Shown: positions 44,052 through 56,141 of the stretch, one piece after another
Layout of the letters: the number at the start of each line of letters is the position of its first letter
Numbering within the stretch: the first letter of the stretch is position 1
Assembly: GCA_043228905.1 (NCBI GenBank)
Contig: JBHGNT010000021.1
Coordinates: 2,790,001 to 2,854,000 of the forward strand
Length of the DNA: 64,000 nt
From: Azolla caroliniana
Lineage: Eukaryota > Plantae > Polypodiophyta
Direction: 5' to 3'
The notes under the pieces: model-generated
The model's database searches: none
What the model saw: the letters and a program-made list of their open reading frames with translations, nothing else
Told to the model about the DNA's origin: nothing
Translations under genes and position numbers: made by a program

Positions 44052-45981
44052 TGTCGAGGAAATCCTCGCGGATGCGTAGAAGTTGGGCAGGACCACGTGG
44101 GTCTTGAACCAAGGAATCAAGAAGTGAGGAGGGAGAGTTTGTGGTTTACGTGAGCCCCGAGACCGCGGTTTAAACAAAAAGACTAGCGAAACGAGAGAGA
44201 TAGTGTAAGAGGATCGTGCGTAGACACAGGCGTAGACAGATATGCTAAGAATAACTTGCGTTAGGTGGATAAGCTTCTATTAATCAAAATATGCGCATCG
44301 CGCTGTGGGTGATTACAACCGGATCAGTGCCGATGTTCGGGCATAGGCTCTACAGTAGTCAGATACGAAGTTGAGTGGGCACACAGAAGGTCGATCCCCT
44401 GGTCGGGAGCACTCGGGCGTCTGACGCTGTCGTGAAGATTTTCGGCAATAGTGTGAAAATCCTATAAAACATACAAAATCGAGTATGAATCACGTAGTAC
44501 AATAATTGTGAAGATAACATTTTAAATAGATTTAATATCTAAGTACAAAATGATGGAGGTTTCGAATGCACTTTATTACACGAGAAACGGACAACTAAAT
44601 GTCAAGATATGAGGGTATAAAGTTTGTAAAAGGAAAGGAAAAAATTGTGAGATATCCCACATAGGCACGACAAATACAGCTCTCATCATATATAAGGTGG
44701 AGCAAAAGATATTATCTTTGTGTCTATGTGTGGAGCATAGAGAGTTCAAGGTAACTTGAACTAAGAGTGGAGGTGGGCTAGCTACTCGTAAAGGGTTTTG
44801 GCCAACCAAAACCGGACCGGCGATGGAGCCGGTGATCCGGCGGCGGCGATCCGACGGCATCCGGCGGTGGCACCGGTAATCGACGGCATCCGGCGACGCA
44901 CCAGTAACCGACGGCATCTGGCGACGGCAACGGTAACCAACGGCATCCGACGACGGTATCCGGCGAACCGGCGACTAGATAAATAAATATATAAATATAT
45001 ATACATATTTACATATACAAGGAAGGGCGACGGCAACGGTAACCAACGGCATCCGGCGACGGTATCCGGCGAACCGGCGACTAGATAAATAAATATATAA
45101 ATATATATACATATTTACATATACAAGGAAGGCAAGTAAGGATTTGAACCTTGCACCTCCAAGTTAGGAGTCAATTGGCTTACCATTAAGCCATGCTATT
45201 TAGTTGAAATTATATTTCTATCATTGTACTTTTACATGTAAATTCTCATACATGAGAGCTAAAATGAGTGACATGGTTATCATGCACCACATGTAATACT
45301 TAAGCGCCAAATGGCAAACATGCAATTTATGCATGTCTTGTACCCTCACATGCATCATATGCATGAGAGCATCTATAAAAGAGGGAAGGGGGAGGAGAAA
45401 AAACACGGTTTTTTTTTATGAAAATTAAGAGGAAGAAATTCGTTATCAAATTGATCGTGTAATCTCAACTTCTCTCTTTCCCAATCTATCTTAAGTACTT
45501 TCTCGCCAAAGCTTGTATCGACTCTAAATCCTTCTGGTCCAGAACCCCGACGGTTCCGCCTCACGATCCGCGCGTAGTGACGGATCTTCACGACAACGCG
45601 AGCAGGGGAAGCGCCTTCTGTTGATACGTTGTAGGACTCCTGGTCTTCCTTGGTCTCTGTTTTCTTTCTCCTCTCTCGATGGGTCCCTAAAACAGTTGAG
45701 GGTCGCCCCTTTTATAGCACAAGGAGCGACCGTTACAAAGCATTCATGGCCTTGTCGCTTTAACTTCCTAGATTCTCCCCCCCCTTGATTCGCTCTCCTC
45801 GTAACTCTCCCTACTTACGCGATGTCTGAATCCCTATTAATGCTTCAGCTACCTAGTACACCTCCTTCTACCTATGCCTAGTACTTACACTATCTAATTC
45901 GCTAGGGGTGTGCACTCGTGCACACTAGTATTCCCGCGCGTTTCACATTGTTTCCACCTATGGCCCAGAATCTTCACTACA
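44052..45981 (-). mobile_element. Solo LTR of the Trp-PBS group with non-matching flanks, itself interrupted by another solo LTR
   Basis: Minus-strand start TGTAGTGAAGATT at 45981 and end ...CGCATCCGCGAGGATTTCCTCGACA at 44052, resembling the LTR end at 62713. Flanks are GCGT and ACGT. Confidence 0.75.
44428..45595 (+). mobile_element. Solo LTR (1168 bp); 4-bp TSD ACGC
   Basis: Perfect 12-bp inverted termini TGTCGTGAAGAT/ATCTTCACGACA. ACGC at 44424-44427 and 45596-45599, TATAAAA at 45374, and a 106-bp tandem duplication at about 44920-45131. Confidence 0.85.
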
Positions 45982-48899
45982 ACGTGCCATGGAGTCTCAA
46001 ACCAATTCAAGTACTGAGAGCTCACATGCCAATGTTGATGGAACTTCTCAAGCAGAAGGTGGAGCTGGGCATCCTCGAACCATCGAGTGCCCCTTACTCT
46101 AACCGGTGGTTTACAGTACCGAAGAAGAACGATACGTTGCGCTTCATCCAGGACTTACAACCGGTCAACAAGGTGACCATCCGCAATACGGGAGTGGGAC
46201 CATCGATCGATGAGTTCGCAGAAGCCTTCGCCGGAAGGCCCATATACTCGGTCGGAAACCTTTACTCGGGGTACGACCAATTCTAGTTGTCCATGGAAAG
46301 CAGGGACATCACGACAATCCGAACCCCTCTCGGCCTAGTTCGAATGTGTACCCTACCGTAGGGGGGGACCAACTCGGTGGCACACATGGTGAATGTAATG
46401 AACAGAGTTCTGCAGGACTGCATTCCGAACATCACCATGCCTTTCTTGGACGACATCCCCATCAAGAGGTGTCCGGAGGACGCCAAGGATGAGTCGATCG
46501 GCGCGGACGGGTGTCGAAGGTTTGTCGTCGACCATATCTCCAACTGCGAGAAGATACTATAGAGGCTTGAAGGCGCATGACTTACCTTCTCGGGAGAAAA
46601 GTCGGCCGTTGGATAGCCAAAGATCTTAGTGGTGCACCATCTATGTGGGTCGTATGGACAGAAGCCATCGCCGACCAAGGTACAGGCCATCTCGGCAATG
46701 AAGGAGGAGTTTGGATCCATCATAGAGGTCTGACGATTCTTAGGAGCATGCGCCTTCTACCACATATGGATCCCTCATTACGCACACATCACCGAATCGC
46801 TCTACGGCTTGCTGAAGAAGAGCAGGAAATTCGAATGGACAAAGCAACATACCGAGGCGGTCCAAAGGTTAAAATGAACGCTCACCGCGGCACCAGCTTT
46901 ACACAAAGCAGAATACGCACCAGGAACTCCGGTCTACATCACGGTGGACACCAGCCCGACTGGGATCGAATGGGTCGTAAATCAAGAGGACGAAGACGAC
47001 ACATGTTTCCCTATCCGGTTCGGTGCGAAGGTATTGAGCGAGTGACAATGAGGATACACCCAAGTCAAGCGCGAGCTATGGGGTATCGTTTCGGCGATTA
47101 AGGTCGACAAAGACTATCTAATTGGGGCAGAAGTGATCATAGAAACGGACTGCTTGCCGATTCTTGGTATGCTCTCCAGATGCGCAACTCCCGACCTGGC
47201 CATGCTCAGGTGGATTGCGTACATCAAGTCCCTGAACCCAGAGATACGACACATCTCGGGTAAAGACAACGCCATGGCCAATATGCTTTCCAGAGCAAGG
47301 TTCGATGACGAGGACAACGTGGTGTCAGAGAACAAAGAAGTCGACGCGGACTTCTTCGAATCAACAAGGATGAGGATAAAAAGGCGAAGTGCTTCGCCTC
47401 TAAACGAATTCGCCGAAGACGACTACGATGGGGAGTGGCTTCTAATTGGAAGATTTCTAAAAACAATGACGGCGGACACCTCGATGACTAGGGACGAAGC
47501 GGGACAACTCCGAAAAAGGGCATACCGATACTTCCTACGGAATGGGAAAATTTGGAGAGTCCCAAAAAGGCGAAACGACGTTGTCGTGAAGATTTTCGTC
47601 CAATAGGCGGAAACCGGGGCGGGAAGGGCAAGTCGGTGGTGTGCTACATGTGCACATGTAAACTAGGATATGGTGTATAGAAAGAGAGGCGGAAATTTTA
47701 TCCCACATTGTAAGGTCCCTCCCTCCTTGGGCTATAAAAGGAAGGGAGGGGTCACTTATGAAGGGTTGCCTATTTTGAGGGAGAGAGGCATACCACTTAG
47801 GTCGAGGGTTTCCTATTCGGTTTTAGGGTTTCGGTTAGGGTTTTCTTCTTGGGGTTTCCTTTAGGGTTTTCTTATAGTCGTTTGGTGCGGCCATGGCGGC
47901 CACCATTGTTGTAATCATTCGCTTGTTATTAATATAGCTTGTTGTGGATCTTGCTTCCATCTATTTTGGTCTACGCTTATGTGCTACTCTTCACCTTCTC
48001 ATCCGGTGTTAAGCTTCTCCTCTACTCCCTAGTCCGAGACCCGGGTGGTCCTGCCCCTTCTACACACACGCGCTGTCGTGAAGAATTTCGGCCAGAGGCG
48101 GAAATCGGGAAACATTGGCTACATCGGCGGGGTGCATCATGTGTACGCACCCATGTACATTTAATGTGAATAACGAGGGCGCCTTTATGGCGCCGAAGAG
48201 TAGTCGAGTCGGGACAGACGGTCCCATGTAAGTCGGGATTTATACCACATTGTAACGCATCCCTGTCCTTGTTCTATAAAAGGAAGGGAATGCCCTTTGT
48301 GAAGGGGTTGCCCATTTTTGCATTAGAGGGTATACCGTTAGGTTTAGATTTAGGGCTTCTTCTTCTTCTTTTTCTTCTTCTTCTTCCCCTTCGTGTTCGC
48401 TTAGGGTTTGCTTCAGCTCATCTCCTGCGCAAGACCCCGCTCGGCGCGACGAGCCCGTGAGCTCCCCGACGGCGGCTTGGCAGCTGACGACTATTGTAAC
48501 CTACCTTGGAACGGCTCGAAGCCGGGAATGTATTCTTCTGTTTATATATATACATTTGCGTCTGTCTGTGTATATTCGCGTCTCTGTTGGTGTCGGGTGC
48601 TTCCCCTTTTTTGCGTTTCCTGTAAGTAAGGGCATGAGTCGGGTCGGCATGTGTGTGTGTGTGTGCGTGTGTGTGCGTGTGTGTGCGTGAGTCGGTGTTA
48701 AGCGCGCGCTCCCTCTCTTTCTCTCTCTCCCTTCGGTCGCTTCCGGTGTTCTTCTGGGATCTCCCGGAAATGGTGAAGCACGACTTCTTACGCTCCGTCA
48801 CTCCCTGGTCCAAGACCCCCGTGGTCCCGCCTTTCTCCACGCACGCGCGTAACAACGCGACATATTTGGTGAACCCGACGTGAAAGGCGGCAAGGGAGG

Positions 48900-49511
48900 A
48901 TGGAGTCGGAAGACGACGACCTTGCGGAGATGGTGGCCGAAGTGGTGTTGGAGTCGGCACGAGTGGTGATGAGGCGAGAAGCAGCGCAACAAGCGGTTGA
49001 GCGAGTGGTCGAAAGAGTCGGCCGTTTCAACGGGGACAAAGTCCCATCTTACTTGGAAGCCTACAACGCGGAAATGGAGGAGCGTGGCGTAGACGAGGCA
49101 TTGAGGCTAGAGTTCTTCTGTCGGGTCGTAGTTGTCCGGATGCATGCTGAAGTAAAGGAGCTCCGTGAGGCTCATAGTTCGTGGGAGGCCTTCAAAGAGG
49201 CGCTCCTGAAGGCATATGGAGGACCGTGGAAGAGCCGGGGACGACACGACTTCGACCAGTGGGTAGCATCGGCAAAGACCCACCGGGGCGCGACGAAGGC
49301 GTTCCGAGAGTTCGAGCGACGGCTGGCTCGACTCCCGGAGCGGGAACAAGGTTTGGTGGGGGAGGACAAGGTCCTATTGTTCGTCAGGTCGATCGGCCGA
49401 GCGGAACGGGAGGCCATCGGGATTGAGCTCGAAGACGATGATGGAGCGAATGGGCTTACGGAGGACTGGTCGAAGGTTGGAAGGGTGTGCCAACGGCTAG
49501 AATATGAGTGA
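48900..49511 (+). CDS. Short Gag-like protein (203 aa)
   Basis: Aligns by eye with the N-terminal Gag of 39525-41639 (VGRFNG..YL..YN.EM..RGVDE, KVLLF, GLTEDW). Confidence 0.75.
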   Translation: MESEDDDLAEMVAEVVLESARVVMRREAAQQAVERVVERVGRFNGDKVPSYLEAYNAEMEERGVDEALRLEFFCRVVVVRMHAEVKELREAHSSWEAFKEALLKAYGGPWKSRGRHDFDQWVASAKTHRGATKAFREFERRLARLPEREQGLVGEDKVLLFVRSIGRAEREAIGIELEDDDGANGLTEDWSKVGRVCQRLEYE

Positions 49512-50736
49512 GCCGAGAAGGCTAAGAGGAAGGGACGCGACGACGTGCCATCACAACGGGAAGAGGCTGAACGGCAAAGAGAGTCGGCAAGGGTCGGCGT
49601 TGGGACCATGATTGCAGAGGCGTACGCAGCTCTCGAGGCGATGCTCGAGGAAGAGGAATGACGGAGGCCGCAAGCCGAGGCTGAGGAGACGGACTTGCCC
49701 CACGCGACGGCGGAAGATCGGTACCACGGTACCACGGGAGAGGGTGCGGAACGAAACGCCCTCTCGACTTGCAGAGATAGAACGGCCAAGGACGAGGCCG
49801 AGATACAGATCGCGGAACCGGAACGTTGGGACCAGCGGTTTCGGGTGTGTCAACCCGAGGTCCCGGTCATTGGAGAAGCAAGCCCAGACGGGGCTTGCGC
49901 GATCGGTAAGAAGAAGACCGCCGACCACGAAGAGTCGGTGGCTACGGACAAGGGCGTAAAACGGACGGGCGATTCTTTGTGTCTTCCCACACTTGCTCCC
50001 GAGACGATGGTAGTCGGGCCTGAGTGCCCACGTGAGTCCCAAGCGGAGGAAGGCGGCGGCGAAAGGCCAAGAATCACCGGCGAGACGATACGGGGAAGGA
50101 GCGGACGAAAGCCCACGGACCCGATTCCGGAGAACTCGGCATTCGGGCCCGTATGCCCATGTAAGACCGAGGAGATGGATGACGGTACCGAGGAGTCCTG
50201 GCATGATGCCAGCGAAGTCGGATGGGAAACAGCCTGCGAGGAGGCCGAGGACGAACGTGGCATGAGGAGATCGGCATTCCGATACGGGTGGAGCGTGATC
50301 CGATCGTGGATCGTTCGATCGGGGCCGGGTTCGGTATGAAGGTGCCGATACGGGAGAGGGTGCGGGACGAGCCGCCCTCTTTTACATGGGCAGAAAGACC
50401 GACCGGGCGAAGGTCGAGGGTTGGAAGGAGAATGAAAGCCGGTTCTACGGGATTCCTTACACCGAACCGGCGGTCGGCCCGAGTGCCGGCGTAAGTCCTA
50501 TAGGAGAGATCGGTGGCGATAGGAGAACGGGACTCGGCAATCCGGAGAAGGACGAACGGACCCGGACGAGAACCGGGCGGAGCAGACTCCCGGACGACCA
50601 TTCCGGGAGGGAGGAAGAGAGCGGGCCTACGAAGAGGCCGAGGACACGGTACGTCGGTACCAAGGGAGAGGGTGCGGAGTAAACCGCCCTCTCGGCATGC
50701 GGAAAAGGACGACCCGGGACAAGGTCGGGAAGACAA

Positions 50737-51350
50737 ATGGGCGGTCTACGGAGGATCCTTCACACCGGTTCTAGAGACTTCGGCAGTCGGCAACGCGGTC
50801 GACGTAAGACCAAGATACTGACGGTGGCGGCGAGGTGACGAAGGCAAGGGCTACGGATGGGCGGTCTACGGAGGATCCTTCACACCGGTTCTAGAGACTT
50901 CGGCAGTCAGCAACACGTTCGACGTAAGACCAAGATACTGACGGTGGCGGCGAGGTGACGAAGGCAAGGGCTACGGATGGGCGGTCTACGGAGGATCCTT
51001 CACACCGGTTCTAGAGACTTCGGCAGTCGGCAACGCGGTCGACGTAAGACCAAGATACTGACGGTGGCGGCGAGGTGACGAAGGCAAGGGCTATGGATGG
51101 GCGGTCTACGGAGGATCCTTCACACCGGTTCTAGAGACTTCGGCAGTCGGCAACGCGGTCGACGTAAGACCAAGATACTGACGGTGGCGGCGAGGTGACG
51201 AAGGCAAGGGCTACGGATGGGCGGTCTACAGAGGATCCTTCACACCGGTTCTAGAGACTTCGGCAGTCGGCAACGCGGTCGACGTAAGACCAAGATACTG
51301 ACGGTGGCGGCGAGGTGACGAAGGCAAGGGCTACGGATGGGCGGTCTACG
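50737..51350. repeat. 120-bp tandem repeat, 5 near-identical copies
   Basis: Exact 120-nt periodicity is visible across sequence lines 50761-51360. Confidence 0.95.
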
Positions 51351-51730
51351 CAGATCCTCACACCGATCCGGCGGACGGCCCGAGTGCCGGTGTAAGTCCT
51401 ACAGGAAAGGTCGGTGGCGGCAGGAGAACGTGATCAGACGACAGGAAGCGACGAACGGCAAGGAGGTATCAGGCTAGCGAGGCGGCCACGAACCAAATCG
51501 GACCTTCCGGCAAGGTCAGTGGGCATAAGGAAGTCCGGTCCTATGGGATCCCCACACCGAATCGGAGACCCCGACTGTTCGGCCAACGTGGCAACGTAAG
51601 ACCGAGGGAGAAGGAAGGTGGCGGCGGGAAACGGGACCCGGCTACGCGGAAGACACGAGGAGAGTCCGGGAGGGACTCAAACAAAAGGCACCCGAATTTC
51701 GGCCAGCATAGAAACGGAGTCCGGTCCTAT

Positions 51731-52210
51731 GGGACCCTCACACCGATCTGGAGACCCCGGCAGTTCGGCCAACGTGGCAACGTAAGACTGAGGGAGAAGG
51801 AAGGTGGCGGCAGGGAACGGGACCCGACGACACGAGGTTTCGGAAGGACACAGGCAATGCCAAACAACGGACGAGGGTATGTGTCACACAGAGGTGCCGG
51901 AGAGGAAAGGCGAGCGCGGAGATAGGTTGCGCGGTTCGGAGGTATCGCGGAGAAGACCGGAAAGGGATCCTCACACCGATCCGGAGACCCGGCAATTCGG
52001 CCAACGTGGCAACGTAAGACCGAGGGAGAAGGAAGGTGGCAGCAGGGAACGGGACCCGACGACACGAGGATTCGGAAGGACACAGGCAGTGCCAAACAAC
52101 GGACGAGGGTATGTGGCACACGGAGGTGCCGGAGAGGAAAGGCGAGCGCGGAGATAGGTTGCGCGGTTCGGAGGTATCGCGAAGAAGACCGGAAAGGGAT
52201 CCTCCACACC
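51731..52210. repeat. ~232-bp tandem duplication with related partial copies
   Basis: GGGA(C/T)CCT(C)CACACCG recurs at 51731, 51964 and 52196, with a related unit at about 51545. Confidence 0.85.
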
Positions 52211-55200
52211 GTTCTGGAGACCATGGCGGTTCGAGCCGACGTGGCGATATAAGACCATGGAGAAGGAAGGTGGCGGCGAGAGGGCGATGGCAACGCGAAA
52301 CAACATGGGACGACAATCAGGACATCACGAATGGTCAACGGAGGCCAAGCGGGCCACTACGGGCATGCCTCAATCGGAGGACATCAGGCATACGGCGGGA
52401 AGCGGGGCGTTCATACGGCCGAAGAAGGGCCAACGGAAGTACGCGTACTACGGAGATCGCGGCAGAGGACCCATCGACGGGTCGAACGAGCCTACGGGGA
52501 GGTAAGCGCGAAGGAAGAATCGATGCTGACGGATCAAACCGGCAACGAGCCGGGATGCGGATCACAGAAGACCGGTTTCTCACCGGCCGAAATCTCTCAC
52601 CTCTCAACCGGACTTGGCACATACCGGTGGATGTGCGGTTAGGTGGGGGCGGATGTCGGGAAGAATTTCGGCCAGAGGCGGAAACCGGGAAACATTGGCT
52701 ACATCGGCGGGGTGCAGCGTCTATACGCACCCATGTACATTTAATGTGAATAACAAGGGCGCCTTTATGGCGCCGAAGAGTAGTCGAGTCGGGACAGACG
52801 GTCCCATGTAAGTCGGGGTTTATCCCACATTGTAACGCATCCCTGTCCTTGTTCTATAAAAGGAAGGGAATGCCCTTTGTGAAGGGGTTGCCCATTTTTG
52901 CATTAGAGGGTATACCGTTAGGTTTAGATTTAGGGCTTCTTCTTCTTCTTTTTCTTCTTCTTCTTCCCCTTCGTGTTCGCTTAGGGTTTGCTTCAGCTCA
53001 TCTCCTGCGCAAGACCCCACTCGGCGCGACGAGCCCGTGAGCTCCCCCACGGCGTCTTGGCAGCTGACGACTATTGTAACCTACCTTGGAACAGCTCGAA
53101 GCCGGGAATGTATTCTTCTGTTTATATATATACATTTGCGTCTGTCTGTGTATATTCGCGTCTCTGTTGGTGTCGGGTGCTTCCCCTTTTTTGCGTTTCC
53201 TGTAAGTAAGGGCGTGAGTCGGGTCGGCATGTGTGTGTGTGTGTGCGTGTGTGTGCGTGAGTCGGTGTTAAGCCGCGCTCCCTCTCTTTCTCTCTCTCCC
53301 TTCGGTCGCTTCCGGTGTTCTTCTGGGATTTCCCGAAAACGGTGAAGCACGACTTCCTACGCTCCGTCACTCCCTGGTCCAAGACCCCCGTGGTCACGCC
53401 TTTCTCCACGCACGCACGTAACAACGCGACAGCGCGTAACAACGCGACATCTTTGGTGAATCCGACGTGAAGGGCGGCAAGGGAGCATGGAGATGGAAGA
53501 AGACTTCGACTTCGAGGAGATGATGGCAAAGATCGTGATGGAAGCCGGTGTTGTCCAGAGGATAGAAATGTAAAATTAGGAAATTAGCAAACGCTGAGTC
53601 CGAGTATCACGGGCCACCGACGGCTCAGCTGTGTATTAGGGGAAAAGTTATTTAAACGAGGACCAGTACCTCAGAGCAGGGAGAGAGAAGAAAAATATAG
53701 GCTGAAGCACTAGCCGAGTCCCTCGTAACTAGATAATCTTGTAAGGTCACCGGCCATAGGCCGTGTTCTGTAATTTTTTCTGTTGCAGTAATATATCTGA
53801 ATTGTGCCCAGTTTGCTCCATGTGTCTGTGCTTTGATTCATACCTATGATTTGAGCGCCGCCCACGCCTGTCAAGATCTCGTTAGTGTTTTCTCTCTGAG
53901 CACTGTCTCTCTCTCGACGCCTCTGTTACGAGCCTTCACTTACCATGCCCTTGAATACCGATAGCCGCAGATCTATCAAAGGTGTTCACCCAAAGGAACG
54001 GGTAACACAATTTGGCACGCCCGGTTACAGCCGTGAATGCATAGCGAACTTCGTTGAAGGTAACCACCAGCCGCCGTTACGGCGCCCCCTCGCACCACAA
54101 GGTCTCGGCCACCCGCCCGACGCCCTGAGCCAGACGAAGGAACTTCCGACTCGGCGGTCACTGACCAATCCTTTCCCGAGCAATTGGAGGCTTCCCCAGT
54201 GCAATCCTCGCCACCGGACACTCAATCGCGAGTTGATTCACCACCAAAACCCCCGTCGAGCCCTCTGGCGGTCAATCAACTGGAAGTAAACCCTTTTCCA
54301 GTGCTACCAAAAGACCTAGAGTACGACATAATGCCGTACCCATACCCACGATACACCGACGGACCAGACGCGGAGTCACACATCCGTGCCTTCATATCCA
54401 CGTGGCAGGCCAACCACTCAACGCACCACCTCACGCCGGTCGAGATCGAGCCACGGAATACATACTCTCGGCAGGACGAGTGATATGTCTACCGAGACCA
54501 GGATAACGACCGACCGCGATCCCCAGATCGACGGCGCCAAGACGACGACTACCGATGTGATGACCGCCGTGATCATTATCGCGATGACCGGCACGACGAT
54601 TATGCTCGATATGATGACGATCACGATGACCGGTATGACCGACGGAACTCACACATTGATCGGCAAAACAGCAACCGCAACACACGCAACAATAGAAGAC
54701 CTAACGACAACCGCCGACGGGACCCTCCTCAAAATGACCAGCGCAACTCCAACGCACCTCGGAACAACCCACCACCAAACGAGACGGAGAATCAACAACA
54801 ATAGCTTCCACACACAGACCGAGCGGACACCAGCAGCTCGGCCAACGTTACATGTTTTAAATGTAACCAACCAGGCCACTACGCCACGCAATGTCCAACA
54901 ACCAACCGTGGCAAGGCACCCACGGTGCACAGTATCATGGCCAATGTTCAAACGGTCACTACCCGGAGTAAAGCGCAGACTACTCAGTGGCAAATCCAGG
55001 ATGAAGTCCGTTAGGCAGCAAAAGAATGGATCGACACGGCCAATAAAAATAATGTCGTACGCATGCAAACTGACATGAAAGACGGGCCCACTGAAGCACC
55101 ACAAACCTCGGTACCATCCACGTCGTCGGAGGACAACCAGCTATGGGATGTTCTTACCAACTCCCGCATCTTGCTGCCCCTACATAAACTGTTACCACTC

Positions 55201-56141
55201 ATGCCGAGATTTCGAGACACCCTGGCGGCACTCCAGGCCAAACTAAGCTCGTGACGCCACCGATACACCTCACCGAAGCAGGAACCGGTCCACCACTCAT
55301 GGATTCTCAGAATCCAGCCGTGCAAATCATCATTAGGGGACAAGACCTGCACGGATGCATCATCGACAGCGGATCCGGCGTAAACGTTATTAGCGAGTCA
55401 ACGTGTCTCAACCTCGGCCTTAATCAATGGGAACCATGCCCCTTTTGGCTGCGGATGGCCGACACCCGCTCCGTTCACCCCATTGGTTTAATCTGCCATC
55501 TCGACTTCACACTCGGAGCCCACATGTTCACGATCTCGGCTGTCGTGCTAAGACTGGAGACACAAGGCGCCTACCCAATGTTACTAGGTCGACATGGTTG
55601 TGTACAACGAATATCAAGCAACATTGGCAATGCAACATGATCTCGTTCCGAAGAGGCAAGACAAAAGTTCGAATCATCACTGAAGAACGAGTCCCCGTCG
55701 CCCTCAACACTTCGCCGTTATACGTGGAAGGGGTCCATATGCATGACGGTTTGGCCGATGAGGAGGTCGACGACTTCCTAGATGATCATCCCACGATCAT
55801 CCCTCTCTTCGAAATCAATGCCTTACCAACCATCGAGCCACCTAAAGACGAGGAAGTCACGAAGTAGTCACCACCCCAAGATGAACCAGATCCAACCACA
55901 GTTGCCGAGCTACGTCATGCTCAGGAGGCTTTCGAACGCGAACTCGCCATTTCACAACGAGTGAAAGCATCAACCCTGGAAACAATAAACCTCGGTTCGG
56001 ACGAGAATCCCCGTACGTTACAAATTGCCAATAATCTACCAACCGGAGAACGGGCATGCCTCGTAAAATTGCTCACCGACTACCAGGATGTTTTCGCTTG
56101 GTCTTACACCGATATGAAGGGGCTGGATCCTCAATACTACC

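Larger units (their letters stand above)
19141..47581 (+). mobile_element. Old Trp-PBS Gypsy element hosting the central nest
   Basis: 5' LTR 19141-25113 is split by Copia-A, and a degenerate PBS TGGTGAACCTGACATGAA lies at 25120. Gag at 25161-25436 resumes at 43517-44051 after Copia-B. Degenerate RT/RH at 45986-47581 may derive from a second copy. Confidence 0.75.
48074..53431 (+). mobile_element. Non-autonomous Trp-PBS element (Gag only, TR-GAG-like); TSD GCGC
   Basis: LTRs 48074-48862 and 52654-53431, PBS 48867-48884, PPT AGGTGGGGGCGGA. There is no RT or IN ORF. GCGC lies at 48070-48073 and 53432-53435. Confidence 0.9.
47582..53548 (+). mobile_element. 5' part of another Trp-PBS element (LTR split by an insertion, PBS, Gag start)
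   Basis: LTR 47582-48073 plus 53436-53449, PBS TGGTGAATCCGACGTGAA at 53454, and a Gag start MEMEED cut at 53549. Confidence 0.8.

Noticed and set aside
50737-51350. 120-bp array as a CRISPR array or coding repeat
   Set aside because: There are no unique spacers and no cas genes, and each plus-strand frame has a stop in every unit.
49551-52749. Many overlapping 100-240 aa ORFs on both strands
   Set aside because: GC-rich repetitive DNA with few stop codons and no recognisable domains.
48074-53431. Retrozyme with a hammerhead ribozyme in the LTR
   Set aside because: No CTGANGA...GAAA core with paired helices was found by eye.
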